Part shown: positions 30,875 to 41,388 of the stretch, piece by piece
How the letters are laid out: every line of letters begins with the position of its first letter
How positions within the stretch are numbered: position 1 is the first letter of the stretch
Assembly: GCA_038134595.1 (NCBI GenBank)
Contig: JAYPVM010000010.1
Location: 35,596 to 99,595, forward strand
Length of the DNA stretch: 64,000 nucleotides
Reading direction: 5' to 3'
DNA from: Pseudomonadota bacterium
GTDB taxonomy: Bacteria; Bdellovibrionota_C; UBA2361; OMII01
Position numbers and translations under genes: made by a program
The notes under the pieces: model-generated
Told to the model about the DNA's origin: nothing
Seen by the model: the letters and a program-made list of their open reading frames with translations, nothing else
The model's database searches: none

Positions 30875-32149
30875 ATGACAGAAACGCAAGAATTGGCTGA
30901 AGGCACCCCTACTCCTTCCTCACTCGACAGCGGCCTCGGGTGGAACACGGCGCATGAGCTACTCGCTCCGTTTGGAGCAGTCGCATCAAATTTTAGTGAA
31001 GCGGTGCGAACTCTCATGACGTACCATGAAAAGGGGGACTCTAGGATCTCTGCAACAGGATCAAATCAGGTTGAACGTCTACTTCGCACCGATGCGATAA
31101 AAATCACCTATTATCATTTCTCAAAGCAGTTCAAGCCAAGCCTGTTTGCCGAAAGAAAGCATCTAGCAGCAAAGGATTTTTTAAAGGCATACACGCCCCT
31201 CGAGCATGCAGCCATCATTTCATTTTGCTATCTTTTTAAGACACTGAGCCGAAAAATCGAAAAAGACGAATGGGAATTCGTTCAAACACCTCTGTATGAG
31301 GCCCTTTGCACCGGTGGAGGTGCAGGACTTTGCATTCCAGAAATCGGTCTCGGATTGGGCTTGATAGGTAGAGGCCTGCGCTATTTAGCATACGCACCAT
31401 TTTTACACGAGAATCGAAAGGAGTTTAAAAATTATCGGAGACATTTAAAGTCAATCGACAAACCATTTGACTCTGCATTCGAACAAGACGTTTGGCAATG
31501 TACTAGCATTCAGATTGCTGGGCTTCTTTTGGAGCGAATAGGTTTTTCACAAGGAATCGCACTTCAATACATGGCAGCGGCCGAACGCAGCGCTTCAATT
31601 AAACCCAACGAGTCATACGGCGTTCCATTTAGACTCGCTGAATGTTTGGTAGAGGCCTATATGGAGGGGCAAGATATTCCAACTACTACCCCATCATGGG
31701 TCGGAATAAAACTCGACCTTGCCACTGAGACACGCGCCAACTTACTTGCCACACTCAACAAAGTATTCGCCGACAAAGACCGAATTGAGTGGCTAAGCAA
31801 AGTACCAAACGATATCTCTCCAGAATCTACCCCGGAACTATTTATCGGGGAAACACCTGCACAAGAGTCCGAACAAACATCATCCGACGATAAGGTTGGC
31901 GAACAAGAACACGAAACAAACAAATCGCATCAAGAAAGTCTTGTTTCGAATGAGACCGAGCCAAGCCAGTCAGATGATTCCGAATCCACAAGTCTTCCCG
32001 AAAATGAAACACCAGAAAAGGTTGTAGATTCACCTGAAAGTGAGAGTGATGCAGACCTTCAAGCGCCGTCAGAGGAGATTGCTGATGCATTAGGAGGTCT
32101 TGATGAGCTCGATGCTACGGCCGATGAACCATCTGAGTCAGAGAAATAA
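30875..32149 (+). CDS. Hypothetical protein; possible degenerate HDOD-like helical domain with ~100-aa acidic disordered tail
   Basis: 424-aa ORF. AFEQDVWQCTSIQIAGLLLERIGFS resembles the HDOD C-terminal motif. The C-terminus is E/S/D-rich. Confidence 0.6.
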   Translation: MTETQELAEGTPTPSSLDSGLGWNTAHELLAPFGAVASNFSEAVRTLMTYHEKGDSRISATGSNQVERLLRTDAIKITYYHFSKQFKPSLFAERKHLAAKDFLKAYTPLEHAAIISFCYLFKTLSRKIEKDEWEFVQTPLYEALCTGGGAGLCIPEIGLGLGLIGRGLRYLAYAPFLHENRKEFKNYRRHLKSIDKPFDSAFEQDVWQCTSIQIAGLLLERIGFSQGIALQYMAAAERSASIKPNESYGVPFRLAECLVEAYMEGQDIPTTTPSWVGIKLDLATETRANLLATLNKVFADKDRIEWLSKVPNDISPESTPELFIGETPAQESEQTSSDDKVGEQEHETNKSHQESLVSNETEPSQSDDSESTSLPENETPEKVVDSPESESDADLQAPSEEIADALGGLDELDATADEPSESEK

Positions 32150-32171
32150 CTACTGCTACCCTTATTAAGCC

Positions 32172-33629
32172 TTATCGACCGGCATCGACCATACTGTCTG
32201 GTAGAGATTTTGTCGGCTTTACTCCTAGCCGGACTAGTTTCTCAGCTTGGCCAATTAGATTACCTTTACCGGTCTTGAGTTTATTGACTGCCGACTGCCA
32301 CGCGTCTTGAGATCTCTCCAGCGCCACTCCAATTCCCTGAATCTCCTCAACGAAGCCACAAAATTTATCGTAAAGAATGGCCCCTCGCCTGGCTATCTCC
32401 TGCGCATTCTTCTCCTGCTCAGCCATTCGCCATACATGCGATACGGTATAGAGTGTTGCCAGCAACGTCGAATTAGTAATTAAAACAATCTTAGCGTCAA
32501 GCGCATCCATAAAAAGTTCGGCATCGTATTGCACGGCTATTGAGTACGCTTGCTCAACCGGCACATACATCAAAACAAGATCTGGAGTCGTCACCCCCTG
32601 CAAGCGAGAATAATGTTTATTCTTGAGACCCTTAATGTGATTCCGTATGTCGACGACATGGGCCGCCATATAACGCGCCTGCTCCTTTGCATCCTGCGTG
32701 TTCATAGCACTACGATAATTCCCCAATGAAATCTTCGAGTCGATAATCAAATGCCTCTCTTCAGGCAAGTGCACAATTACATCAACTCGGCGTAGATCAC
32801 CCTCGTTGCTACTTAACGAAACCTCCCTGCTGTAATGAATCCCCTGCTGGAGACCGGAACGATCCAGAATTTGCTCAAGCATATGCTCCCCCCACGTTCC
32901 AAGGGCTTTCATGTCTCCTTTCAGAACGCGACAAAGGTTATCAGCTTCCTGACTGATTCGAGCAATCTCCTGCTTTAAAATATCAGAGTTCTTGGCTGTT
33001 TCTCCTTTCGTCTCAAACAACGCGCCCCGAGTAGCCTCCAGAGCCTCCTTAAATGGCTTCAAAAGGCCCTCTAAATCATCCCGAGAGTGTTTACGGAAGT
33101 CACTCGCTGTCGAATTAAGAAGTTTATTTGAGATCGCCTCGAAGCGCTCCTGCATCTCACGCTGAAGAACTATTCGGGCTTCCTGCTGTTGCTCAACAAG
33201 TGCTCTCATTGATGAAACATCCGCCTCAAGCAGGGCTTTTTCTCGAAAAACTACATTGTTCTGCTCCCGTAATACGTCGCGCTCATGCTTATACTCTGTA
33301 AGTTTTGCGGACGTAGATGAATGAAGCTCACGCTCATTCCTTAACAGAGTTTCAAGCTCTACACTCCGACTGTGAACACTGTGAAGATTCTTCGATAGCT
33401 CCTGCCTCTGACACTCGGCATCATGTAATCGCCCTCGTAGCTCTGCCACCAATTGCTCACTTGCTGCTTTGCTAGCCACGGCGGCTGTGTAGCTCTCCTG
33501 AAGATCAATTAGATTAGCTGCTCCAGAATCCTGATGATGCCTCCGCCTACGGGCCAACCCCAACGCCACACACGCACCGACAAATGCTGCTAAGATTGAA
33601 GAGACGAGAATTAGGTGCCCTGTAGTCAT
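32172..33629 (-). CDS. rmuC: DNA recombination protein RmuC
   Basis: N-terminal TM and coiled coil; motifs GTWGE, DVIVHLP...IIDSK, H..GL..K.Y, LYDKF and GKGNL. Confidence 0.92.
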   Translation of the reverse strand: MTTGHLILVSSILAAFVGACVALGLARRRRHHQDSGAANLIDLQESYTAAVASKAASEQLVAELRGRLHDAECQRQELSKNLHSVHSRSVELETLLRNERELHSSTSAKLTEYKHERDVLREQNNVVFREKALLEADVSSMRALVEQQQEARIVLQREMQERFEAISNKLLNSTASDFRKHSRDDLEGLLKPFKEALEATRGALFETKGETAKNSDILKQEIARISQEADNLCRVLKGDMKALGTWGEHMLEQILDRSGLQQGIHYSREVSLSSNEGDLRRVDVIVHLPEERHLIIDSKISLGNYRSAMNTQDAKEQARYMAAHVVDIRNHIKGLKNKHYSRLQGVTTPDLVLMYVPVEQAYSIAVQYDAELFMDALDAKIVLITNSTLLATLYTVSHVWRMAEQEKNAQEIARRGAILYDKFCGFVEEIQGIGVALERSQDAWQSAVNKLKTGKGNLIGQAEKLVRLGVKPTKSLPDSMVDAGR

Positions 33630-33829
33630 GAGTTCTACCTTATAGGATAAACAAACTACTCAATCCGTTAGATTCTAAATAGTTAGCTAACGATGCACTC
33701 ATTCTCAAGAGATTGATGGTCGATCAGAGAAAGCCCCAATTTTAACGAAACCGCCCGCGAATTTTTGACCTCGGAGCCAACAAAACAAGCCTAGAAGCAA
33801 ACACTGTTAGGGAAGGGGAAAGTAGATTA

Positions 33830-35833
33830 CTATCCCAAACGCTCTCTAACCATTCGCCGCCCCTCTCCTTCGAAGAACAACAAACACTCGGGATTTGCGA
33901 GTGCTGAACGATTCCCTAGATCATCTCCACGCAATATTCGCTTCACGGTGAGTTCGGACACCTTTCCATTCGAGGTTTTAGGAATCTCAGGCGCAACAAC
34001 AACCACCGAAGGCACATAAAATGAATTTCGTTGCTTCAGCGTCTCGCAGATCCTCTGTTCCAGAGTGACATCAAAAGCACACTCTTTCTCTAAAACTACG
34101 AAGAGAACGATTCGTTCAGCGCTCTCACCTTGAGGGGTGTATCCAACCGCTAAAGATTCCTTTATCTCAGCTATCCCAGATAAACCACTATAGATATCTG
34201 CAGTTGCTACTCTTACACCAGCAGGTTTTAGCGTTGCATCAGACCTTCCTAAGAACACTAAGCCACCTTCCTTAGTTTCAATTAGAAAATCTCCGTGTCG
34301 CCACACCCCCTTAAAATCCTCAAAATAGGCCTTTCGATACAGTGCCCCATCGGCATCGTTTAAAAACCCTACGGGCATCGAAGGCGCTGGCGAAGCACAA
34401 ACAAGCTCCCCTTCACGATCGATTATACGCGCTCCCTCTGTATCAAAGACCTGTACATCATACCCAAGACTCTTCGCTTGTACCTCGCCTCTAATAACAG
34501 GCTTTAAGGGGCATCCCAGACCGAAGCACCCGATAATGTCAGTCCCCCCTGAGATGCTTTGAATCCACAACGGCTTAATCGTTGAGGCTATAAAATCAAA
34601 CTGACTCGAGTATAAAGTCGATCCTGTCGAAAAAAGCGCCCTGAGAGATTCAAAAGCTCCAATAGTATTCGGATAAACTTTTTTCTTCTCCAGCACTCCC
34701 AAATAAGCCGCACTAGTTCCAAAATGTGTGACACTGACCTCTTCTGCAAGCTTCCAAAGAATTCCACCGTTGTCGAGCATCGGGTCTCCATCATACATGA
34801 CAACGCATGCATCGCATGCCAACGCACTGACAACCCAATTCCACATCATCCAACTAGTAGATGTTTGATAAAATACTCTATCACCGGTCCGTACATCGCC
34901 GTGAAGCAGCAATTCCTTTTTGTGCTCCAACAACGTTCCTCCCGCCGTATGTACAATTGCCTTTGGCTTACCGGTAGTCCCTGATGAAAACATGACATAC
35001 AGTGGGTGCATAAATGAAAACTGTTCAAATTCCCACGTTGTAGCGCACTTCGTACGCGCAATATCTTGATATAAATGCACACCAACTTCTCGAGAAAATG
35101 AAAGCTCCCGAAGAGCACTCTCATCATCACAGTAGTCTACGATAACAACATCAGTTATGCTCTCGATTCGATTAACTATCTGCTCTACTACACTTGAAAC
35201 ATCTATCCATTGGCCACGCCACCGGTACCTCCGCACTGCCACAAAAAAAGAAGGCTGAATCTGCTCCATGCGCAAAATGATTCCATCAACCTTGTAATCA
35301 GTTCCACAACTAGACCATACCCCCCCAAGGGTCGCAGTGGCGAGCATACAGGTTGTAGCCTCCGGAATATGCGGCATGTACGCAAACACTCGACTAGTCG
35401 GAGTCACGCCACACCCCTTTAAATGAGCGGCGAGAGAAAACACCTCTTCCCGCACTACTTTCCGAGAAAGCGATCGTCGAATTGCACTTTCGCTCCACGA
35501 AATTATCACCACATCATCATCATTGCCTTGCAACATATTTTGGGCGAAGTTAAGGCGAAAATTAGGAAACCATTCCCTCGATAGTGGCGTAGGAAGAGAT
35601 GCATCAGATGTATATGCCGGTGAGAAGTCCCCCTCTCCGAAAACTCCTACATACCTTGCTAATTCATCCCAAAAAACCAATGGAGACTCCACAGACCAGC
35701 GGTACAGCTCCTCATATGACTGGCACGAAACCACACTCCTCGCGTGTAGGCTCTCAATAAAGCGCGTTAAAGAACACGTGGCAATAAGCTCTTCTGAAGG
35801 CTCCCAGACAATATTCATATCGTTGTTTTTCAT
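33830..35833 (-). CDS. Acetoacetate--CoA ligase
   Basis: Motifs WFPNFRLNFA, FSSGTTGKPKAIVH, WMMWNW, SISGGTDI, VWRHGD and GRSDATL. Confidence 0.9.
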   Translation of the reverse strand: MKNNDMNIVWEPSEELIATCSLTRFIESLHARSVVSCQSYEELYRWSVESPLVFWDELARYVGVFGEGDFSPAYTSDASLPTPLSREWFPNFRLNFAQNMLQGNDDDVVIISWSESAIRRSLSRKVVREEVFSLAAHLKGCGVTPTSRVFAYMPHIPEATTCMLATATLGGVWSSCGTDYKVDGIILRMEQIQPSFFVAVRRYRWRGQWIDVSSVVEQIVNRIESITDVVIVDYCDDESALRELSFSREVGVHLYQDIARTKCATTWEFEQFSFMHPLYVMFSSGTTGKPKAIVHTAGGTLLEHKKELLLHGDVRTGDRVFYQTSTSWMMWNWVVSALACDACVVMYDGDPMLDNGGILWKLAEEVSVTHFGTSAAYLGVLEKKKVYPNTIGAFESLRALFSTGSTLYSSQFDFIASTIKPLWIQSISGGTDIIGCFGLGCPLKPVIRGEVQAKSLGYDVQVFDTEGARIIDREGELVCASPAPSMPVGFLNDADGALYRKAYFEDFKGVWRHGDFLIETKEGGLVFLGRSDATLKPAGVRVATADIYSGLSGIAEIKESLAVGYTPQGESAERIVLFVVLEKECAFDVTLEQRICETLKQRNSFYVPSVVVVAPEIPKTSNGKVSELTVKRILRGDDLGNRSALANPECLLFFEGEGRRMVRERLG

Positions 35834-35916
35834 ACCTACCAGTGTACTAGTCTAACGAGTATCCACCAAGGCGAAATATAGGCACAATCAAAACACTGTG
35901 ATACCGTTCCGGATAT

Positions 35917-37023
35917 ATGTCTAATTCTCGTAGCACCACAAACAGCCACACTCATTTCATGCTCGAAGCCCTCAAACTGGCTCGTATATCTACTCGTAAA
36001 ACGCTCCCTAATCCCAGTGTTGGCGCTGTCATTGTGCACGATGGGACCATTATCGGCCGTGGATACCACAAAGTATTCGGAGGACCTCACGCTGAGATAG
36101 AAGCGCTTCAATCTGTTACAAATCGCAACCTCCTCTCTCGATCAACTCTCTATGTGACACTAGAGCCCTGCGCACACGTCGGGAAAACGCCTCCTTGCGC
36201 GGATGCAATCATTAAGGCCAAGATCCCGAGAGTTGTGATTGGATGCCGAGACCCTTTCGAACATGTGCGGGGACAAGGAGTTGCCAAGCTCCGTGCAGCA
36301 GGCATTGAAGTCATAGAAAATTGCCTTGTCGAAGATTGTATTGAGCTAAACAAGCGATTCATCTTGGCCCACAGGCTCAGGCGACCCTATATAACGCTCA
36401 AATGGGCTCAAACCAGCGATGGATTTATCGCGCCGATCGATCGCGGCAAACTCTCCATCAGCGGGCCTGAAGCAAAATCCCTCGTACACCTTTGGCGGGG
36501 AGAGGAGATGGCGATTGCTGTCGGAACTACCACGGTGCAAACCGACAATCCTAAGTTAACGGTACGAGATACTTCATGCTATTCTCCAGAAAACCTCCCG
36601 CCGATTAATCCTCTCAGAGTCGTCATTGGAGATGCGCAGAAACTAGTTCGTAGTAGTGCAATCTTTAACTCGGAAGCACCCTCTCTTCTATTCTCCTCTG
36701 CGCTTCTTGATATGCCGGAGTGGGTAACCGTAATACCGCTTCCCAAAGATACGCAGTTACTCCCAATCATAATGAGCCAATTGTATCAGAGAGGCATACT
36801 GTCACTCTTTGTAGAAGGTGGTCGTTATACTCTAGAGAAGCTGATTGAACAGCAGCTCTGGGATGAAGCGCGGGTATGCATAGCGCCTCACTGCATCAGA
36901 GCTGGCATACCAGCGCCCCGAATCTCGGCGCCCTATCATGCAACACAAACCGCCGGGGTCGACACATTTTACTTCTATCAGAATCCCATACGAAAAATTA
37001 ATCTTGGAATCCCCGAGCAATAG
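35917..37023 (+). CDS. ribD: Bifunctional diaminohydroxyphosphoribosylaminopyrimidine deaminase / reductase
   Basis: Motifs PNPSVGAV, HAE, LEPCAHVGKTPPC, DNPKLTVR and VEGG. Confidence 0.95.
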   Translation: MSNSRSTTNSHTHFMLEALKLARISTRKTLPNPSVGAVIVHDGTIIGRGYHKVFGGPHAEIEALQSVTNRNLLSRSTLYVTLEPCAHVGKTPPCADAIIKAKIPRVVIGCRDPFEHVRGQGVAKLRAAGIEVIENCLVEDCIELNKRFILAHRLRRPYITLKWAQTSDGFIAPIDRGKLSISGPEAKSLVHLWRGEEMAIAVGTTTVQTDNPKLTVRDTSCYSPENLPPINPLRVVIGDAQKLVRSSAIFNSEAPSLLFSSALLDMPEWVTVIPLPKDTQLLPIIMSQLYQRGILSLFVEGGRYTLEKLIEQQLWDEARVCIAPHCIRAGIPAPRISAPYHATQTAGVDTFYFYQNPIRKINLGIPEQ

Positions 37024-37038
37024 CCATACACTCTCGGC

Positions 37039-37938
37039 ATGAGTACTCACAATCAGAAAACTATCGGCGTGATCGGCTTCGGCATTATGGGTGCCCAAAT
37101 GGCCGTAAATCTGGCAAAGAAGGGCTACACAGTACTCGGCTATTCACGGACTCAAGCGAAGGTTGAAGAAAAAGCTTCCGAAGGAATTATCTCAGCTTCA
37201 CTAGAAACGATTGCCGAGTCATGTGAAACCGTTCTCTTAGCACTAACAGATGGCCCTACTGTGTCATCAATTCTCTTTGAGCCGCAGTCAAACTCTAACC
37301 TCCTGACAGGTCTGGCATCAGCACTTCCTTCTGGCTCTCTTATTATCGATACCACTACCATCGCGCCACAAGAGTCGCTTGCAATTTATACACAGTGCAG
37401 AGAACTTGGAGTGGATTTCGTGGATAGTCCTGTCTCGGGTGGAGATATTGGAGCCAAGAACGGCACCCTTACGTGTATGGTAGGTGGAGAGGCTACCGCA
37501 TGGCGAAGAGCTCACGTCATCTTGTCATCGGTCGGTAAAAACATCATCCACGTTGGCCCGCCGAGTTCGGGACAGAAAATGAAAGCGATTAATCAGGTCG
37601 CTGTGGCGTTGGGAATCGTCGCTATGACAGAGGCTCTTTTACTAGCAGATGAGCTCGCCATCGATCGGAATCTTACGATCGAAGTCCTCCAAGGTGGCGC
37701 CGCTGGATCGTGGGCACTCGCTAACTACGCACCTCGAATTGTTGAAGGCGATCTTGCACCAGGATTTAAAGCCTCGCACATGCTAAAAGACCTTCGCATA
37801 GCACTATCAGAAAAGGGCGAGGCCTCACTCCCTGCAACACAGGCAGTTACTGCGCTTTTTGAGAAACTTGTCGCTCAATATCCAGAACTTGGTAATCATG
37901 CACTGTGTAAAGCCTATCAAGCAGAGATAAGCAACTGA
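37039..37938 (+). CDS. NAD(P)-dependent beta-hydroxyacid dehydrogenase (3-hydroxyisobutyrate DH / tartronate semialdehyde reductase family)
   Basis: Motifs IGFGIMG, DSPVSGGDIGA..GTL..MVGG, GQKMK..NQ and KDL. Confidence 0.88.
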   Translation: MSTHNQKTIGVIGFGIMGAQMAVNLAKKGYTVLGYSRTQAKVEEKASEGIISASLETIAESCETVLLALTDGPTVSSILFEPQSNSNLLTGLASALPSGSLIIDTTTIAPQESLAIYTQCRELGVDFVDSPVSGGDIGAKNGTLTCMVGGEATAWRRAHVILSSVGKNIIHVGPPSSGQKMKAINQVAVALGIVAMTEALLLADELAIDRNLTIEVLQGGAAGSWALANYAPRIVEGDLAPGFKASHMLKDLRIALSEKGEASLPATQAVTALFEKLVAQYPELGNHALCKAYQAEISN

Positions 37939-38021
37939 TATGCCATCAAACTCTCCGGCATGAATTTGGATCACGTGTCCACCGGAAGCCTTTTTTCAGC
38001 CACCAGTTGCATGCCTCCGTT

Positions 38022-38648
38022 TTAAAAAAACTCACGCCAGCGAAGTCGATGGAAACACATATGAACATCTCGACGAGTCGCAAAAGGGTAAAAACCCGCT
38101 TTCAAACAGCCCTTGAGAGATGCCGCGTTATGCTTATCAACAAATGTCACTAACCACCTAAGGTCTTCAATTTTTTTTGCGTGTGCAACAACAGCGCATA
38201 AAGCACGAGACATAATTCCCTTGCCACGGTGACGGCGAGGTATGTAGGCATTCTCTAATAAAGCCTCTCCGGCACTTAACCTGGGGAATCGTCCCATAAA
38301 GAATTTTTGCATTGCGTCGTTGTATTCATTCGTTATCAACCACTGCATAAATACAGGTTCCCCCTCCACACTATCTTCCACAACATAACAAGAGGGAATA
38401 TTCTCAGCTAATAACGCATACCGACGAAGAACTTCTCGCCTCTCATCGCAGCCTGCATTAACCAAATCACCCGTCAAAAGCTCTGCCGTGTCGCGCATTT
38501 CGAATGGCCGAACGATGAAACGAGAATCTTGTTTTTCCAGCTCGCGAATACCACCGAGATCGTATAGTAATCCATATGATATCCACTCATGATAAACTTG
38601 ACGAATAATCCCACGGGATACGTTGCCACTACGAATCGATGCCAGCAC
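38022..38648 (-). CDS. GNAT-family N-acetyltransferase
   Basis: Acetyl-CoA-binding motif A-like AYIPRRHRGKGI and N.AS.K...KAGF. Confidence 0.7.
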   Translation of the reverse strand: MLASIRSGNVSRGIIRQVYHEWISYGLLYDLGGIRELEKQDSRFIVRPFEMRDTAELLTGDLVNAGCDERREVLRRYALLAENIPSCYVVEDSVEGEPVFMQWLITNEYNDAMQKFFMGRFPRLSAGEALLENAYIPRRHRGKGIMSRALCAVVAHAKKIEDLRWLVTFVDKHNAASLKGCLKAGFYPFATRRDVHMCFHRLRWREFF

Positions 38649-38678
38649 CCTCCCCTCCTACACAATCTACCTTTTGTT

Positions 38679-39878
38679 TCATAATCTCCGCTCCTGAGGA
38701 TCTCCCCAGATGAAATCACGTATCGAACGAACACCCCTTAAGCATCGAAGAGGAGTTAGACAGGCCAAGCGCGCATAGAGACTCGGTCGGATAATGTAGA
38801 TCGAAGAATGTGCCTGAAATTCATCGGTCCATACACTCTTCCACGGGGCGATTGGTCCAAGAAAATCAATTTTTCTGGCTCCTCGATCGACCAGATCAGA
38901 GATTACTTCGTACATAAGCACCTGACCCGGAGAGAACTTAGAGTAGCTTTCATCGTAGGCGACCTTCGGGGTGTAGTAGATACCATTTAGGTAAATACCA
39001 AAATGCATGGCGATTATTCGTCCATTTAATCGCAATGCGTAGGGTAAAAAGGCTCCCTTACTCGAAAATCCCCGCATGAGACTGTGATAAAAATGAAGTA
39101 CTGTCGGATTTGAATCTATCGAGCTCCCGTTTTTACCCTTCCATCCCTTTGATTCAAGTCGAACAAACTCCTCAAACGACCTCTGCGGCCTATCTAGCTC
39201 CGCTCCGAAGGTCAGGTCTCCTGCCTCAGATAATTTTCTCTTTTTACTTTTAATTCGGTTCCGGAATCGTCGCCATTCTCGCGGGCAATGTGCATAAGGA
39301 TCTCCGCCATTTGGAAGGTTGAGCGCAGGACTCTTTCTCGTTGGCCAGACAAAAACATGGAAATCATCATCTAACGCCGCTGCAATGAGGTAATTAAGCG
39401 CGCCGTTCGAGGGAACGTCCAAAAACTCCAAGACATCCCAATCTTTATTATCAAGGAAAGCTTTCCACATATATTCAGCGCTCTGTTGAGGTGCTACTCC
39501 ATCGTGTATTAGGTCAAACCTACAGGAGTGTATCCATGACATACTACGAAACACCCTCGCTGGTATGCCGCGAGATATTTGATTGTCATACATCAGGGGT
39601 AGAATCCCTCTTAGATTATCCCCCTCCCAGGCTGAAACTAGATAGCGAGGCTTATATCGAGCGTGTGTTTCAAAACCGGCATGAAACCACTCCGGTTGAT
39701 AAAAAGGCTCTGCAAAAGGCCGAGATGCTGTTATCTGCCGCCACCTCTGCAGGTACTCATCCGGACACAATTCACCACATACCTCAAATCGGGATTGCCA
39801 TGGCCCCGATTCTTTTGGTGAAGGAGATGGAGCAAGCAACGCTAACCCTCTGTTATTACTTAAAACTACTGCTCTCAT
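38679..39878 (-). CDS. GNAT/FemAB-like acyltransferase (Acetyltransf_6, CelD/BcsL type)
   Basis: Motifs PFYQPEW, ESKGWKG..G, L.LNGRIIA, KVAYDE.YSKFSPG and DFLG...WK..W; GGAGG RBS upstream. Confidence 0.8.
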   Translation of the reverse strand: MRAVVLSNNRGLALLAPSPSPKESGPWQSRFEVCGELCPDEYLQRWRQITASRPFAEPFYQPEWFHAGFETHARYKPRYLVSAWEGDNLRGILPLMYDNQISRGIPARVFRSMSWIHSCRFDLIHDGVAPQQSAEYMWKAFLDNKDWDVLEFLDVPSNGALNYLIAAALDDDFHVFVWPTRKSPALNLPNGGDPYAHCPREWRRFRNRIKSKKRKLSEAGDLTFGAELDRPQRSFEEFVRLESKGWKGKNGSSIDSNPTVLHFYHSLMRGFSSKGAFLPYALRLNGRIIAMHFGIYLNGIYYTPKVAYDESYSKFSPGQVLMYEVISDLVDRGARKIDFLGPIAPWKSVWTDEFQAHSSIYIIRPSLYARLACLTPLRCLRGVRSIRDFIWGDPQERRL

Positions 39879-40185
39879 ATCTATTTCCTCCGGGGCGGGT
39901 CGATGATTTCTGTAACGGAAAGCTCATCCTAAGCTCACGGTGGAAAATCGACCATAAGAGCGATCATAAGAGGATGCCCATCAACTACCCATGAAAAATA
40001 GATACCGGGGTGGCAAGACGACAGGTGGTGTGCTAATTTCTGTGCGCCAATTAGCTTGGCATATGCCGCTACGTGATACCAAAGGCTGTAGGTAGGAATG
40101 GCATTCAATCCTCCATACACCTCTTAGTGCCATACAGCATACGATACGGGATTTTTTATACACGCCAAAGACCAAGAGGTTTCAG

Positions 40186-41388
40186 ATGTCTTCGTTCTCC
40201 ACAATTCCATCCGCTCCAGTTGATCCGATTCTAGGCCTAACGGAAGCTTTCAAAAAAGATTCCTCATCAACGAAAGTAAATCTAGGAGTAGGTATATATC
40301 AAGACGCCCACGGCAATGTTCCTATCTTAAAAGCAGTTCAGAAGGCCACCACTCTCTACACATCTCTTGAAGATACCAAGGCTTATCTTCCGATTGATGG
40401 CTTAGCCTCTTATAATTCGGAGACACAACATCTCTTGTTTGGCTCGGATAATACAGTCGTGACTGAAGGAGCCGTTGCTACCGTTCAAACCGTTGGAGGA
40501 AGCGGCGCACTTCGCATCGGCATGCAATTTCTCAAGGATTTCTATCCGGATGCTACAATTTACATCAGTGCTCCTAGCTGGGGGAACCATCAAGTCATCG
40601 CCACCTCCGTGGGTATACCTGTTAAAGAATACCCCTACTATTCATCCGAAGAACACGGCCTAAACCGTCACGCGATGTTAACAACACTCTCCGAAGCTCC
40701 AGCGCAGAGCATCATTCTTCTACACGCCTGTTGCCACAATCCAACGGGCGTAGACCTCGATAACGACACCTGGAAACAGGTAGTCGACATATGCCGAGAG
40801 CGCTCTCTTATTCCATTTATTGATTGCGCCTATCAAGGGTTTGCTGAGGGCATTGAAGAAGACGCCTATCCAATCAAACTATTTGCAGATTCCGGGCTAA
40901 CTTTTCTGGTGGCGAACTCGTACGCAAAGTCTCTTTCCATGTATCGGGAGCGTTGCGGAGCCCTCTCTGTCGTAACTTCTTCGCAAGAAGAAGCGCAAGC
41001 AGTTACCTCGCAACTTAAGCGTATCATTCGTACAATGTATTCAAGCCCTCCATCCTTTGGAGCTCAAATCGTCTCACTCGTACTCTCGACTCCTGAGCTT
41101 CGCTCTATGTGGATTCAAGAGCTTGATGAGATGCGTCTTCGAATCCTTGAAATGAGAGAGCTATTCACTACCACTCTTGCCGAGGTTGCTCCAAACAGAG
41201 ACTTTTCATTTATTAAAAATCAGCGGGGCATGTTCTCATATTCGGGGCTACCAGAGAAAGCGGTCAACAAACTCCGCGAAGATCATCACATTTATGCACT
41301 TAAAAGTGGTAGAATATGCATTGCGGCCTTAAACCAGCAGAACATACACTATGTATGTGAGTCGATTGCAAAAGTACTTAATACATAA
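40186..41388 (+). CDS. Aspartate/aromatic amino acid aminotransferase (AspC/TyrB family)
   Basis: Motifs DPILGL, KVNLGVG, HACCHNPTG, AYQGF, SYAKSLSMYRER.G and GMFS. Confidence 0.92.
   Translation: MSSFSTIPSAPVDPILGLTEAFKKDSSSTKVNLGVGIYQDAHGNVPILKAVQKATTLYTSLEDTKAYLPIDGLASYNSETQHLLFGSDNTVVTEGAVATVQTVGGSGALRIGMQFLKDFYPDATIYISAPSWGNHQVIATSVGIPVKEYPYYSSEEHGLNRHAMLTTLSEAPAQSIILLHACCHNPTGVDLDNDTWKQVVDICRERSLIPFIDCAYQGFAEGIEEDAYPIKLFADSGLTFLVANSYAKSLSMYRERCGALSVVTSSQEEAQAVTSQLKRIIRTMYSSPPSFGAQIVSLVLSTPELRSMWIQELDEMRLRILEMRELFTTTLAEVAPNRDFSFIKNQRGMFSYSGLPEKAVNKLREDHHIYALKSGRICIAALNQQNIHYVCESIAKVLNT

Noticed and set aside
39491..39994. 167-aa plus-strand ORF
   Set aside because: It lies mostly antisense to the GNAT gene and has no motif or RBS support.
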